From: Nanobdellota archaeon
GTDB taxonomy: Archaea; Nanobdellota; Nanobdellia; Pacearchaeales; GW2011-AR1
Direction of reading: 5' to 3'
Assembly (NCBI GenBank): GCA_038045705.1
Contig: JBBSXO010000003.1
Span: 150,949-214,948, forward strand
Length of the DNA stretch: 64,000 nucleotides
Shown: piece after piece, positions 8,630 to 18,785 of the stretch
How positions within the stretch are numbered: the first letter of the stretch is position 1
Layout of the letters: every line of letters begins with the position of its first letter
The notes under the pieces: generated by a model
Database searches by the model: none
Told to the model about the DNA's origin: nothing
The model's input: only the letters and a program-made list of their open reading frames with translations
Program-made: the position numbers and the translations under genes

Positions 8630-9706
8630 ATGAAAAAACGCGTTCTTCTCGGGTTATCAGGAGGAGTAGATTCAGCAGTCGCAGCACTATTGTTGAAAAG
8701 ACAAGGCTTCGAAGTAATAGGAGCATTTCTTAAATGCTTTTCAGAAGAAAAAAACAAAATAACTGGAGAATGTAATTATCTAGAAGATAAAAAAGAAGCA
8801 CAAAAAATAGCCACAATACTAAATATTAAATTAATAGAACTAAACTATGAAAAAGAATACTCTAGACTTGTCATAAAACCTATGTTTAAGTCTTACGCTA
8901 AAGGCCTAACACCTAATCCAGACTCATTATGTAATACTATAATAAAATTCCCTTATCTTTGGAAAGAAGCAAAAAAGCATAACTGTAATTTCATAGCAAC
9001 AGGACATTATATAAAGAAAATAAAAATGAAAGATAAATTTAATTTAAAAATCCCAAAGGACAAATCAAAAGACCAATCATATTTCCTTTACGGTCTAACT
9101 CAAGAAGACCTAAAACACACACTATTTCCCATAGGAGATTATACAAAAACGGAAGTTAGAAAAATAGCAAAACAAAACAATTTGCCAAACTGGAATAAAC
9201 ATGGAACAAAGGGTTTATGCTTTGTAGGAAACATAAACATGAAGTCTTTCTTAAAACAAAAAATAAAAAACAAGCCAGGAGTCATAAAAAGTCCAGAAAA
9301 TCAGATTATAGGCAAACATGATGGAATGATGTTCTACACAATAGGAGAAAGACTAAAAGAAAATCAAAACATAATAATAAATAATAACTATAGAAATAAA
9401 GTAAAATCAAAACTATATGTATCTAGTAAAAACATAAAAGAAAATGAAATAGTAGTCGCTCCAAAAAATCATATATCATTAAAAAGAAAAGAATTTCAAA
9501 TAAAGAATATCAATTGGATCTCAGATAAGTCAAGACAAATATCTATTTTAGTAAGAATAAGACATCTAGGGCAGTTAAACAAAGCAACAATAAGAAGAAA
9601 TAAAATAGTTCTAAAAAGTCCAATAGAAGGCATTGCAGAAGGCCAGTCAGCAGTTATTTATACAAAAAAAGAAATTATGCTTGGTGGCGGAGAAATCAGC
9701 TATTAA
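8630..9706 (+). CDS. mnmA: tRNA U34 2-thiouridylase, bacterial MnmA type
   Basis: SGGVDS PP-loop, TPNPDSLCN, ATGHY, KDQSYFL, GLCFVG, GQSAVIY. Confidence 0.93.
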   Translation: MKKRVLLGLSGGVDSAVAALLLKRQGFEVIGAFLKCFSEEKNKITGECNYLEDKKEAQKIATILNIKLIELNYEKEYSRLVIKPMFKSYAKGLTPNPDSLCNTIIKFPYLWKEAKKHNCNFIATGHYIKKIKMKDKFNLKIPKDKSKDQSYFLYGLTQEDLKHTLFPIGDYTKTEVRKIAKQNNLPNWNKHGTKGLCFVGNINMKSFLKQKIKNKPGVIKSPENQIIGKHDGMMFYTIGERLKENQNIIINNNYRNKVKSKLYVSSKNIKENEIVVAPKNHISLKRKEFQIKNINWISDKSRQISILVRIRHLGQLNKATIRRNKIVLKSPIEGIAEGQSAVIYTKKEIMLGGGEISY

Positions 9707-9739
9707 CAATCTTTTTATACATAAAAAGCAATCAAAAGT

Positions 9740-10309
9740 ATGAAAACTGAAGAAGCAATAAATAAACGTCAATCAATAAGAGAATTTTCAAATAAACCTA
9801 TAAAATTTGAAGCAGTCCTAGAAGCAATAGACTCAGCTAATCAAGCACCATTTGCAGGAAACATAAACAATCTAAAATTTATAATAATACAGGAAAAGCA
9901 AAATAAAAGCTATATTGCGGAATTCTGCCAACAATATTGGGTTTCAGATTCCCAATGGGTAGTTCTAGTGTGTTCAGAATTAAAAAAACTTGAAGAACTC
10001 TACCAAGATAGGGGAGAGATATACTCAAAACAACAATCAGGTGCAGCAATTCAAAATTTCCTTCTAACAATAACTAATCAAGGTTTGGGTGCATGCTGGA
10101 TAGGTTCATTTTCAGAAAAAGAGATAAAATCAAAGTTCAAGATACCTGAATCTTGGAATATTGAAGCAATAATCCCAATAGGGTATCCAAAGAACAAGAA
10201 ACAAAAACAAGCAAGAAAAATAAGTCTAGAAGGCAAAATATTCTGGGAAAAATGGGACCAAAATAAAAAGCCAGTAAAATACCCTTTCAAAGACCCAAGT
10301 ACCCATTAA
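9740..10309 (+). CDS. nitroreductase family protein
   Basis: RQSIREF, APFAGN, GLGACWIG, IPIGYP. Confidence 0.9.
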   Translation: MKTEEAINKRQSIREFSNKPIKFEAVLEAIDSANQAPFAGNINNLKFIIIQEKQNKSYIAEFCQQYWVSDSQWVVLVCSELKKLEELYQDRGEIYSKQQSGAAIQNFLLTITNQGLGACWIGSFSEKEIKSKFKIPESWNIEAIIPIGYPKNKKQKQARKISLEGKIFWEKWDQNKKPVKYPFKDPSTH

Positions 10310-10378
10310 AAAAGATAAATTACTTAAAAAAATTAACTATAAAATAAAAATAAAAAATAAAAACAAATGCGCTGTTTT

Positions 10379-11467
10379 TTAACGGAATATCTCAATACCT
10401 AAATCAGACATTTCAGATTTTCCACTTCTACCACTATCCATAGAAGAAGCTAATTCTTTTCCAAGTATGTAAGGTGATTTAACACCTGTCATAATAGTTA
10501 TGACTCTTACTTTAGAACCGAATTCTTTGTTTATACGCGCACCAATAATGACTTGAGCTTCACTGCTTAAGTTTTCAGTAACTAGGTTTCCTACTCCAGA
10601 AAACTCTTCAAGTTTGAAGTCAGGACCACAAGTAATGTGGATAAGAGCACCTGTAGCTCCACGATAATCTACATCTAGTAGAGGATGTGTCAAAGCCTGT
10701 CTTACAGCTTCTTCAACACGCATGGAACTATCAGACTCGCCAACACCAATAACTGCAACGTCACCACCTTTCATAATTGCTGAAACGTCAGCATAGTCTA
10801 AGTTGATCAATGAAGGCAAAGTAATAGTCTCCACTATACCTTTTATCATTGTACTTACTAGCTCGTTCGCAACTGCGAAAGCTTGTTCCATCGGCAAATT
10901 ACCAGCAATATCTACAAGTCTATTGTTGTCTATAACTATAACAGTATCAACAACCTCTCTTAATTCCTGCAATCCAAATTCTGCCTTGTCAATTCTAGCC
11001 TTCTCACATTCAAAAGGCATTGTGACGACCGCAATAACGACCGCTCCAGCCTCCTTTGCAAGTTGACCTACAACAGGTGCAGAACCTGTACCTGTTCCAC
11101 CACCCATACCAGCACATATGAAAACCATGTCAGCATTGCTAACAGATTTCTTAAGTTCAGATACGGATTCTTTTGCAGCCTCTCTTCCTTTCTGAGGCCA
11201 ACCACCACACCCAAGACCACGAGTCAATTCCTTACCAATAAGGATTTTCTCATCTGCCTTAGTTATGCTTAAGTGAAGAGCGTCAGTGTTAAGTCCGTAA
11301 ATAGTTGCTCCATTAATTCCTTTGTTAAATAACCAAGTAATTGTGTTACAACCAGCACCTCCAGCCCCAAAAACTTTTATGTTAGCCTTTCCAGCACGAA
11401 GTTCATCAAAATTAATACTATGTGTGGACGCATTTGCAATTGCTTCTTTTGCAAAATCAAGAACCAT
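10379..11467 (-). CDS. ftsZ: cell division protein FtsZ
   Basis: GAGGAG, GMGGGTGTG tubulin signature, LINLDYAD T7 loop. Confidence 0.97.
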   Translation of the reverse strand: MVLDFAKEAIANASTHSINFDELRAGKANIKVFGAGGAGCNTITWLFNKGINGATIYGLNTDALHLSITKADEKILIGKELTRGLGCGGWPQKGREAAKESVSELKKSVSNADMVFICAGMGGGTGTGSAPVVGQLAKEAGAVVIAVVTMPFECEKARIDKAEFGLQELREVVDTVIVIDNNRLVDIAGNLPMEQAFAVANELVSTMIKGIVETITLPSLINLDYADVSAIMKGGDVAVIGVGESDSSMRVEEAVRQALTHPLLDVDYRGATGALIHITCGPDFKLEEFSGVGNLVTENLSSEAQVIIGARINKEFGSKVRVITIMTGVKSPYILGKELASSMDSGRSGKSEMSDLGIEIFR

Positions 11468-11620
11468 TCTTTATTTTTTTCATACCTCCTTTCAAATAAT
11501 TAATTTTTTTATGTTAAGTGACTTTAAATAATTGATTATATCAGAAGAATATGTTTTCGTAACATTGTAAGAGCAACAAAAAAGTAGTTTAATAGTAAAA
11601 ACATCAAGATAATAATAAAA

Positions 11621-11878
11621 ATGTACGAAATATTCTTTTTAACCACAAAAACAAAAACACAACTAGAAAGTTATATTAGAACTAGAGGAGATATAAAAGA
11701 AAAATTAGAAAGGTTAAAGCAAAATCCCAGGAAGGCAAATGGTGCTCATCCATTACATGGAAAACTAAAAGGTAAATGGGCATGTTGGCTTGGTTCTAAT
11801 TTAAGAATAATTTATATAATAGATGAAATCCAAAAAGAAATATCAATTGAAGCTGTAGGCACTCATAAAATCTACTAA
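11621..11878 (+). CDS. RelE/ParE-family toxin
   Basis: HPLHGKLKGKW..RIIY..VGTHKIY. Confidence 0.85.
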   Translation: MYEIFFLTTKTKTQLESYIRTRGDIKEKLERLKQNPRKANGAHPLHGKLKGKWACWLGSNLRIIYIIDEIQKEISIEAVGTHKIY

Positions 11879-12102
11879 TATTCTAGCTTATATTTTATTC
11901 CTTTCTTCCTATTTCTCTCGCTTGCTCTAATTTGAGCCATTATATCCTTATCTTCCAGTATTTCTTTTTCCTCAAGTCTTCGTATCTTATCCCTTATAGA
12001 CTCGCGAATAAACTCTGTTTTAGTCATATAATTATGCCTTTTCATGACTTTCTCTATTGCATTCAAGAATCCAATCTCCAATTTTATGCTAATGTTTTCC
12101 AT
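11875..12102 (-). CDS. ribbon-helix-helix protein, probable antitoxin
   Basis: ISIKL..YMTKTEFIRESIR RHH; C-terminal EILEDKDIMAQIRAS antitoxin-like helix. Confidence 0.75.
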   Translation of the reverse strand: MENISIKLEIGFLNAIEKVMKRHNYMTKTEFIRESIRDKIRRLEEKEILEDKDIMAQIRASERNRKKGIKYKLEY

Positions 12103-12193
12103 ATACTACTTAGTCTTACCAGATAGTATTTAAACATTTCTAAATTTAAAAAAGAAACACAATTAATATAAACTATCTAAAAAACAAATAATT

Positions 12194-12607
12194 ATGGATA
12201 CATGTCCTTTATGTGATATAAAAAATCAAAAATACAGAATAATCGAAGAGAATGAACATGCAATAGCTTCAATAATAAAATGGCCTCTAAAAGAAGGGCA
12301 CACAATGATAATTCCAAAGCGTCATGTTAAGCAACTAAGTGATTTAGAAGATAAAGAGCTAAAATCTACAATAAACTTAATGGATAAAATTAAATTAAAA
12401 ATATCTAGATTATATTCAGATTCTCCAGCAATCCACATCAACAGCGGAGCAAATAGTACTCAAGAACATGTTCATATCCACGTATTACCAAGTAAAGGAA
12501 GTCTAAGACATTTATTTTCACAGTACGAAAATGTTCCATTTAGAGAAGATATTTCAGATGAGGAAAAGTCAATAATCGCTGAAAAGATTAGAAATGTTAA
12601 AAACTAA
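12194..12607 (+). CDS. HIT family nucleotide hydrolase
   Basis: CPLC, GHTMIIPKRH, HVHIHVLP. Confidence 0.92.
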   Translation: MDTCPLCDIKNQKYRIIEENEHAIASIIKWPLKEGHTMIIPKRHVKQLSDLEDKELKSTINLMDKIKLKISRLYSDSPAIHINSGANSTQEHVHIHVLPSKGSLRHLFSQYENVPFREDISDEEKSIIAEKIRNVKN

Positions 12608-13587
12608 TTTTTAGCGAAACTTTCTGCCACAAGTAGTGGAAAAACAATAGTCGCATCAGCAAAAACTTTTACACTCTGTGCATTAGACAATATCTTCCCC
12701 CATGAAACTGCTTCAGAAGGCATAGCACCAGAATCAGAACCATCAAATTCCTGCGATGTATTAATATAAACTGCATAATCTAGCCCATTACGTAGCATAT
12801 TTGCATTAAGTATCGCATGTTTAACAACCCCTGCCCCAAGAATAATAGCTCCAGATTTTTTCAAACCGATTGTAGTATTATTAAACCGAACAATATCTTC
12901 AGTACAGTCGATAACAAAATTAGGTCTCTTAAATTTAAAGAAATAAATATTATCTCCAAGAGCACCATCAAGCAAAGCAGGGCAATAAACTTGTATATTA
13001 TTTTTCCAAGCCCAATAGTAAACGCTATTTTCATCTTTAATTTTCTCCCCTAATTTCCATATTAGTTCATTCCCAGTCACATGTTTACCAGTTTTTTTAG
13101 AATTTTGATAGAGTTCTTCAAGTATAGGTTGAACAAATTTCTCAAATGCAACATAACGAGAATTAGGAACAAAAATATTTCCAATTCTATTTATTCCTTT
13201 CTGACGAAGCTCAAAACCATCAGCGTCAAATTCACCAAGCTTAAAGCTCCCTAAACACTTGATAATATCTTCTTCAATTCCACCACAAGTAGTTACTAAA
13301 ACATTAACCCTTTTGTTTTGGACAAGGTAACTAATAACATCTCGCAGTCCAGATGAAATCATATTTGAAGTATATCCTAAGAAAATAAAAGAATTATCTG
13401 CAATCATTTTATTAGTTATTTCAATTGCCTTAGACAAATGAGTTGCCTGAAATCCAGAACTTTCAAAACTCTCGATAATTTTACTATAATCAACTCCTAA
13501 ATTAAAATCATAACCACGAATACTAAGCCCATCAGGTTCATTACTATCTCTAAGCAAATTCTCTCGTGCGATTTTCTCATTATCCAT
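12604..13587 (-). CDS. dys: deoxyhypusine synthase
   Basis: GYTSNMISSGLR, GGIEED, INRIGN, EAVSWGK; ATG at 13587 preferred. Confidence 0.96.
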   Translation of the reverse strand: MDNEKIARENLLRDSNEPDGLSIRGYDFNLGVDYSKIIESFESSGFQATHLSKAIEITNKMIADNSFIFLGYTSNMISSGLRDVISYLVQNKRVNVLVTTCGGIEEDIIKCLGSFKLGEFDADGFELRQKGINRIGNIFVPNSRYVAFEKFVQPILEELYQNSKKTGKHVTGNELIWKLGEKIKDENSVYYWAWKNNIQVYCPALLDGALGDNIYFFKFKRPNFVIDCTEDIVRFNNTTIGLKKSGAIILGAGVVKHAILNANMLRNGLDYAVYINTSQEFDGSDSGAMPSEAVSWGKILSNAQSVKVFADATIVFPLLVAESFAKN

Positions 13588-13655
13588 AAAGAAAATCAAA
13601 TAATATCCTTTTTAATAGTATCCACAATCATAGAAATGCATCAATAATAAAAAAT

Positions 13656-14321
13656 CTAAATCTTATCCAAGATTTCTGCATTCAAACTGTTTTGTTTACA
13701 AATTTCAACAAATCTCTTAGCATCTTCAATAGTACCGTAAATACCAGCACCAAATCCATGAGGAATAACAAGACTAGGATTAAGAATTTTAGTAGTACTA
13801 ACTGCATTTAAAACATCCATTGCAACTGTCCCTGAAACAGGTAAAACTGCTACAAAATTGTTTCCATTTTTACCATATCCACTTAAGCTTTTAAGTTCAG
13901 GAGTCAAATCCGTATCCCCTGCAAAATAAAAAATATTCTTATCAAATTTTAAAATATAACCTAACCATCCTTCATTTTGAGGATGATATTTATTAAAAGT
14001 GTAGGCATGAACACACTCCACTTTAAAATTTCTAAAATCAAGTATTTCTTTTTTCTCTACAATATGGACTTCAACATTTTTCACTTTCATTAAAGCGCTC
14101 TGACAATCAACTGGACAAAGTACAATTGTTCCTTTTTTAGAAACTTTCTGTATATCTCTTATACTACAATGGTCATTATGACTATGAGTAATCAAAATAA
14201 CATCTGCCTTTAGAACAGAATCAGAAACCCTATAAGGATCAATAATTATAATTTTATTTTTCATTTTAATAATAAAACCAGAATGTCCAAGGAAGTCTAA
14301 ATCAATATCATCAATTCTCAT
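13656..14321 (-). CDS. MBL-fold metallohydrolase
   Basis: THSHNDH, FAGDT, VIPH. Confidence 0.9.
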   Translation of the reverse strand: MRIDDIDLDFLGHSGFIIKMKNKIIIIDPYRVSDSVLKADVILITHSHNDHCSIRDIQKVSKKGTIVLCPVDCQSALMKVKNVEVHIVEKKEILDFRNFKVECVHAYTFNKYHPQNEGWLGYILKFDKNIFYFAGDTDLTPELKSLSGYGKNGNNFVAVLPVSGTVAMDVLNAVSTTKILNPSLVIPHGFGAGIYGTIEDAKRFVEICKQNSLNAEILDKI

Positions 14322-14356
14322 TGAAATTAAAAACAATCGTTCTTTTATAATAATTG

Positions 14357-15661
14357 TTATGAAATCATCTTTTCTATTTCTTTTGCAACACTAAACATTC
14401 TTCCTTCATGACCTTTAGAACAAACAACCTGCATTCCAACCGGTTTTTCATCAATTCTCCCAATAGGAATTGAAATAGCACAAATTTCAGCCAAATTTCC
14501 TGGAATAGTCAGAGCATCAACGGCATATAATTTATCAAGTGAAACTTCAGTTCCAAATTTCCAAGGTAACATAGGAGTCGTAGGCATAATCAAAAAATCA
14601 ACATCTTCTAAAACTCTTTCAAATTCTTTTTTAATCAACTCTTTTACGGCAAGAGCCTTATGATAATACTGTCCTTCAAATTCTGCTTTAGAGATTTCAC
14701 TTCCACCAGCAAGTCTTCGTAAAACCTCCGCACCAGCAGAATCTTCAATCTTTTTCCCAAAACGTCTACCATCCATCCTCCTAGTAGCTGAAAAAAATTC
14801 AGTCCAAACCAAGGGATGATATGTCTGAATTGCTAAATCAATATTCTTCAAGTTAACTTTCTTTTCAGACCATTTTAATTTTTCAGTAGCCTTAAATAAA
14901 ACAGAAGCAATCAAATCAATTATTCTAACATCAAGTTCAGGAACACTAACTAAACCAAATTTCATCTTTTCAGTTTTTTCAATTTTAATGGGCTTAGAAT
15001 CAAATGTAGTAGTGTCTTTTTCATCTAATCCTTTAATTACATCAAGCAATAATGTTGCATCAGCTACATTTTTTGCAATTGGTCCAATTTGGTCAAGAGA
15101 CATTGACAAATCAATTAAACCATATCTAGAAACACATCCGTAACTAGGCTTTACTCCAACAACACCGCAAAATGAAGCAGGAACTCTAATTGACCCCCCA
15201 GTATCACTACCTAAAGCCATATCACAAAATCCAGCAGCTACAGCCGCAGCACTTCCAGAAGAAGATCCGCCAGAAATATGTCCGGGAACAGCAGGATTAT
15301 CTGTTTTTCCAAAAGCAGAAGTCTCTCCAGTCCAACCACAAGCGAACTCATCACAATTTAACATTCCAATAATAATTCCATCTTCTGCCTTTATTCTAGA
15401 AATAACCGTAGCATCATAAGGAGATTCATAATTCTCAAGTGTTTTAGAAGCACAAGACGCATGTAGCCCCTTAACACAAATATTGCTTTTAACTCCAATC
15501 ACATAACCATAAAGCCTTCCTTTTTTAGTCTTCAAGTCAAGTTCCCTAGCTTCAGTAATTAATTCTTTTTCACTTCGTATTTCAAGAAAAGCATTAATCT
15601 TGTTATTAAACTTCCTTATATTACTTAAATAAATTCCAACCTTATCTTCAACAATTCCCAT
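14357..15661 (-). CDS. gatA: Asp/Glu-tRNA amidotransferase subunit A
   Basis: amidase signature GGSSSGSAAAV, SDTGGSIRVPASFCG. Confidence 0.93.
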   Translation of the reverse strand: MGIVEDKVGIYLSNIRKFNNKINAFLEIRSEKELITEARELDLKTKKGRLYGYVIGVKSNICVKGLHASCASKTLENYESPYDATVISRIKAEDGIIIGMLNCDEFACGWTGETSAFGKTDNPAVPGHISGGSSSGSAAAVAAGFCDMALGSDTGGSIRVPASFCGVVGVKPSYGCVSRYGLIDLSMSLDQIGPIAKNVADATLLLDVIKGLDEKDTTTFDSKPIKIEKTEKMKFGLVSVPELDVRIIDLIASVLFKATEKLKWSEKKVNLKNIDLAIQTYHPLVWTEFFSATRRMDGRRFGKKIEDSAGAEVLRRLAGGSEISKAEFEGQYYHKALAVKELIKKEFERVLEDVDFLIMPTTPMLPWKFGTEVSLDKLYAVDALTIPGNLAEICAISIPIGRIDEKPVGMQVVCSKGHEGRMFSVAKEIEKMIS

Positions 15662-15728
15662 ATTCTAATAATCTAACTCCCCTTCATAATCTTTATGGTC
15701 AAGCCATTATAATATATATTGTTTAATT

Positions 15729-16487
15729 CTACCATTGAAATTTAACATATTCACTAAATGCATATCCTTCTTTAAAATAAACCGCTACGTTTACAGAGTA
15801 ATTTCCGCCTTCAATAAAAGGAACATTGAGTAAAACAGCTTCTACAGTAGTGCTATTAAAACGATTAGAAACAAATGTGTCTGGAGTACCATACTCTTCC
15901 CACACAATAACTTTGTAAAAATCTTTCAGTTCAACACCTTCTGGAGCAACCCAGGACACCCAAAGATTATTTCCTCTCCTTTCCCATCTAACACTTGTAG
16001 GATATCCAATTATATTAGGTTCATAATAGACCACATCTCTAACAGTAAGACTACTATTAACCGAATATTCAAAGTTATAATTTCCCTTTACAAGTAAACT
16101 ATTATTATAATCTCCATAAAGTACCCATCTTCTAGTAATCTCACCAGAATAATTATTAATGTTAAAATCTTTATTCAAATTATAAATTGTCGAATTCGGA
16201 GAGATAACTCTTACAGATTCAACATTCCACAAAAAACATTCTTCTAATTCTTGATAGTCTCCAAAACAATTAACCTTAAATTCATAACTTAATCCATAAG
16301 GTGAGTGCTGAGACCACACCTCTGGAAATATTTTATATATTTCACGCACATTAGACTGTCCAGCTAAAAATTCATTATTATCATCAGTATTATTATTAAA
16401 AATAATATCCTCCTCGATAATAATTTTATGAAAAAATAAAGAAATGAGGATTATAACTGTCACAAACACAAGGTAGATTATCTTCAT
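15729..16487 (-). CDS. secreted/membrane-anchored hypothetical protein (FnIII-like C-terminus)
   Basis: N-terminal hydrophobic helix, several N-x-S/T sequons, VSW..Y.V beta-sandwich pattern. Confidence 0.65.
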   Translation of the reverse strand: MKIIYLVFVTVIILISLFFHKIIIEEDIIFNNNTDDNNEFLAGQSNVREIYKIFPEVWSQHSPYGLSYEFKVNCFGDYQELEECFLWNVESVRVISPNSTIYNLNKDFNINNYSGEITRRWVLYGDYNNSLLVKGNYNFEYSVNSSLTVRDVVYYEPNIIGYPTSVRWERRGNNLWVSWVAPEGVELKDFYKVIVWEEYGTPDTFVSNRFNSTTVEAVLLNVPFIEGGNYSVNVAVYFKEGYAFSEYVKFQW

Positions 16488-16535
16488 ATGTGTTAAGAAC
16501 AACAACTATTAAAAATAGTATCTATTAATATTTTC

Positions 16536-17099
16536 ATGCAAACAAAACGTTGTCCATGGGTAAATGATAATCCTTTAATGATTAAATATCATGATGAAGA
16601 ATGGGGCAGTCCTCTAAAAGAAGAAAATAAACTCTTCGAATTCCTAATTCTTGATGCATTCCAAGCAGGTTTAAGCTGGAACACAATAATCAACAAAAGA
16701 GAAAATTTCAGAAAAGCATTTGATAATTTTAATCCAGAAAAAATAGCAAAATACACACAAAAAGATAAAGAGAGATTAATGTCAGATGCAGGAATAATAA
16801 GAAATAGATTAAAAATAGAAGCCTCAATAACAAACGCACAGAAATTTCTAGATTTAAAGAAATCAACAACTTTCAGTAATTATATTTGGTCTTTTGTAAA
16901 TAATGAAACAATAAAAAATAATCCAAAGGAAATAAAAGATTACCTATCAAAAAGTCAGGAATCCGATAAAATGTCAAAAGCCCTAAAAGAAAAAGGTTTC
17001 AAATTCGTAGGTTCAACAATATGCTATGCTTTTATGCAAGCATCAGGTCTAGTAAACGATCACGCAGTAGATTGTTTCAGATATAACCAATTTCAGTAA
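16536..17099 (+). CDS. tag: DNA-3-methyladenine glycosylase I
   Basis: RCPW, YHDEEWG, QAGLSW, IIRNRLKI, GFKFVG, NDH. Confidence 0.96.
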   Translation: MQTKRCPWVNDNPLMIKYHDEEWGSPLKEENKLFEFLILDAFQAGLSWNTIINKRENFRKAFDNFNPEKIAKYTQKDKERLMSDAGIIRNRLKIEASITNAQKFLDLKKSTTFSNYIWSFVNNETIKNNPKEIKDYLSKSQESDKMSKALKEKGFKFVGSTICYAFMQASGLVNDHAVDCFRYNQFQ

Positions 17100-17151
17100 T
17101 AAAAATACATTCAAAACAAATATTTATATAGTCTATAGTTATATAGTTTAC

Positions 17152-17361
17152 ATGGTAACAACTATACAAGTAAATGAAAGGACTCTTTTATTGCTGAAAA
17201 AGCTCAAAGAAGAATTACAGGCAAGTTCTTACGAAGAGGCAATAATAAAATTAGCAGTACAAAGAGCAACAAGAAAATCAATGGCAGGATACCTAGGAAA
17301 AAAATACGGCAAACTTTCAAGAAAAGAAATAATGGAAGATTTAAGAGATAAAAATGACTGA
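17152..17361 (+). CDS. VapB-like antitoxin
   Basis: TTIQV..LKKLK..SYEEAI; overlaps PIN gene. Confidence 0.8.
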   Translation: MVTTIQVNERTLLLLKKLKEELQASSYEEAIIKLAVQRATRKSMAGYLGKKYGKLSRKEIMEDLRDKND

Positions 17362-17725
17362 ATATAAACTCATTGATTCCTCAGTCTGGGTAGAATATTT
17401 AGTGAATAGTAATTACAAAGAAATTATTGAATCGGAAGAAATATATTTATTATCTAGTCTTTCAATTCTGGAAATAAAAAAGAAATTATTGAAATTAAAT
17501 TACAAAAAAGAAGATATTCTTAACAGTCTAAATTTTATAAAAGAAAGAAGCAATATTATGACGGTAAATCAAGAAATAGCGGAAATGGCCGCTGATATTT
17601 GTATAGGAAAAAGTCTAGGAGCGGTAGATGCAGTTATATATGCAACATCAATAGCCAATAATTCATTATTAATTACTTTAGACAACGATTTCAGAGGTTT
17701 AGAAAATGTACAAATTCTAGATTAA
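17354..17725 (+). CDS. vapC: PIN-domain (VapC-like) toxin
   Basis: IDSSVWVEY, DAVIYAT, TLDNDF. Confidence 0.9.
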   Translation: MTEYKLIDSSVWVEYLVNSNYKEIIESEEIYLLSSLSILEIKKKLLKLNYKKEDILNSLNFIKERSNIMTVNQEIAEMAADICIGKSLGAVDAVIYATSIANNSLLITLDNDFRGLENVQILD

Positions 17726-17995
17726 CTACCACTCAATCTTATCAATATCAGTTTCTTCATAAACTATTTCTTTCAACTCATAAAATTTAAGAGTCTCCTT
17801 AACCTGGTCATCAAAATACCTAAGTTGATAATCTTTATCAGTTTTAGGATCAAAGAGCTCAATTAACATTTCTTTTGTAGTCTTATAATCCTCAAAAACA
17901 TAATGGGCATCAACTTCAAGCTTCTTGCCATTGACTGTAATAAAATCTCCTTTTTTCAACTCAGTAAGATTCTTTGATTGTTTTACAATATCCAT
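17726..17995 (-). CDS. hypothetical protein
   Basis: ORF in the minus-strand gene run; no motif recognised. Confidence 0.7.
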   Translation of the reverse strand: MDIVKQSKNLTELKKGDFITVNGKKLEVDAHYVFEDYKTTKEMLIELFDPKTDKDYQLRYFDDQVKETLKFYELKEIVYEETDIDKIEW

Positions 17996-18019
17996 AAAGA
18001 TAAAAACAATAATCAATTT

Positions 18020-18778
18020 TTAAATCTTGCTTATGATATGAGGCTCACACATCTTATAACCATCATCTTCAGGTTGATAACCAACTAATTTTTTAGTTTC
18101 TTCTAAATCCATAAAATTATTTTTGTTATCAGAAGATCCAGCTAAAACTGCAAATTTCAAAGTTTCAGGAGCAATAATACATTTGTAAATCAGCTGAGCA
18201 AAATCTCTCTGAGAAATAATATAATCAAAGTTGCTTCTTGTAGGGCAAGCAATTTTTAACATCTCATCAGAAATATAAGCACCAATACGAATTGCAAGAC
18301 AACTTAAACCATAACTTTGAGAATAAACATGACACATAGCTTCCAAAAATGCTTTAGTTGCACCATAATAATTCAAAGGCTTAGGAGCTAGATCCATTTT
18401 CACAGTCTTCCCAAGTGGATACCCCCTAATAGCATGAACACTACTAGCATAAATTACCCTTTTAACACCAGCTCGTCTAGTGGCCTCTAACACATTATAA
18501 ACTCCAATCAAATTTGGTTCTATTAAGTCATTAAATGGAGCATTAGGGTCAGAGTTACCAGCCAAATTAACCACAACATCAAAATCAGAAAAATATTTAG
18601 TCAGTTCATCTAAATCAGATAAATTTATTTTAATAGTTTCATAATTTCCAGAAAGTTTTGTCTTATTAATCCCAACAACAATATCATAATGATTTTTATA
18701 TTTATTTTCATATTCTTCAAGAAAACTCTTTCCAATTCGCCCAGTCAAGCCAATAAACAAAACTTTTTTCCTGACCAT
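18020..18778 (-). CDS. NAD(P)-dependent epimerase/dehydratase (uronate dehydrogenase-like extended SDR)
   Basis: GLTGRIG, YASSVHA, YGATK, IRIG. Confidence 0.88.
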   Translation of the reverse strand: MVRKKVLFIGLTGRIGKSFLEEYENKYKNHYDIVVGINKTKLSGNYETIKINLSDLDELTKYFSDFDVVVNLAGNSDPNAPFNDLIEPNLIGVYNVLEATRRAGVKRVIYASSVHAIRGYPLGKTVKMDLAPKPLNYYGATKAFLEAMCHVYSQSYGLSCLAIRIGAYISDEMLKIACPTRSNFDYIISQRDFAQLIYKCIIAPETLKFAVLAGSSDNKNNFMDLEETKKLVGYQPEDDGYKMCEPHIISKI

Positions 18779-18785
18779 TATAAAA

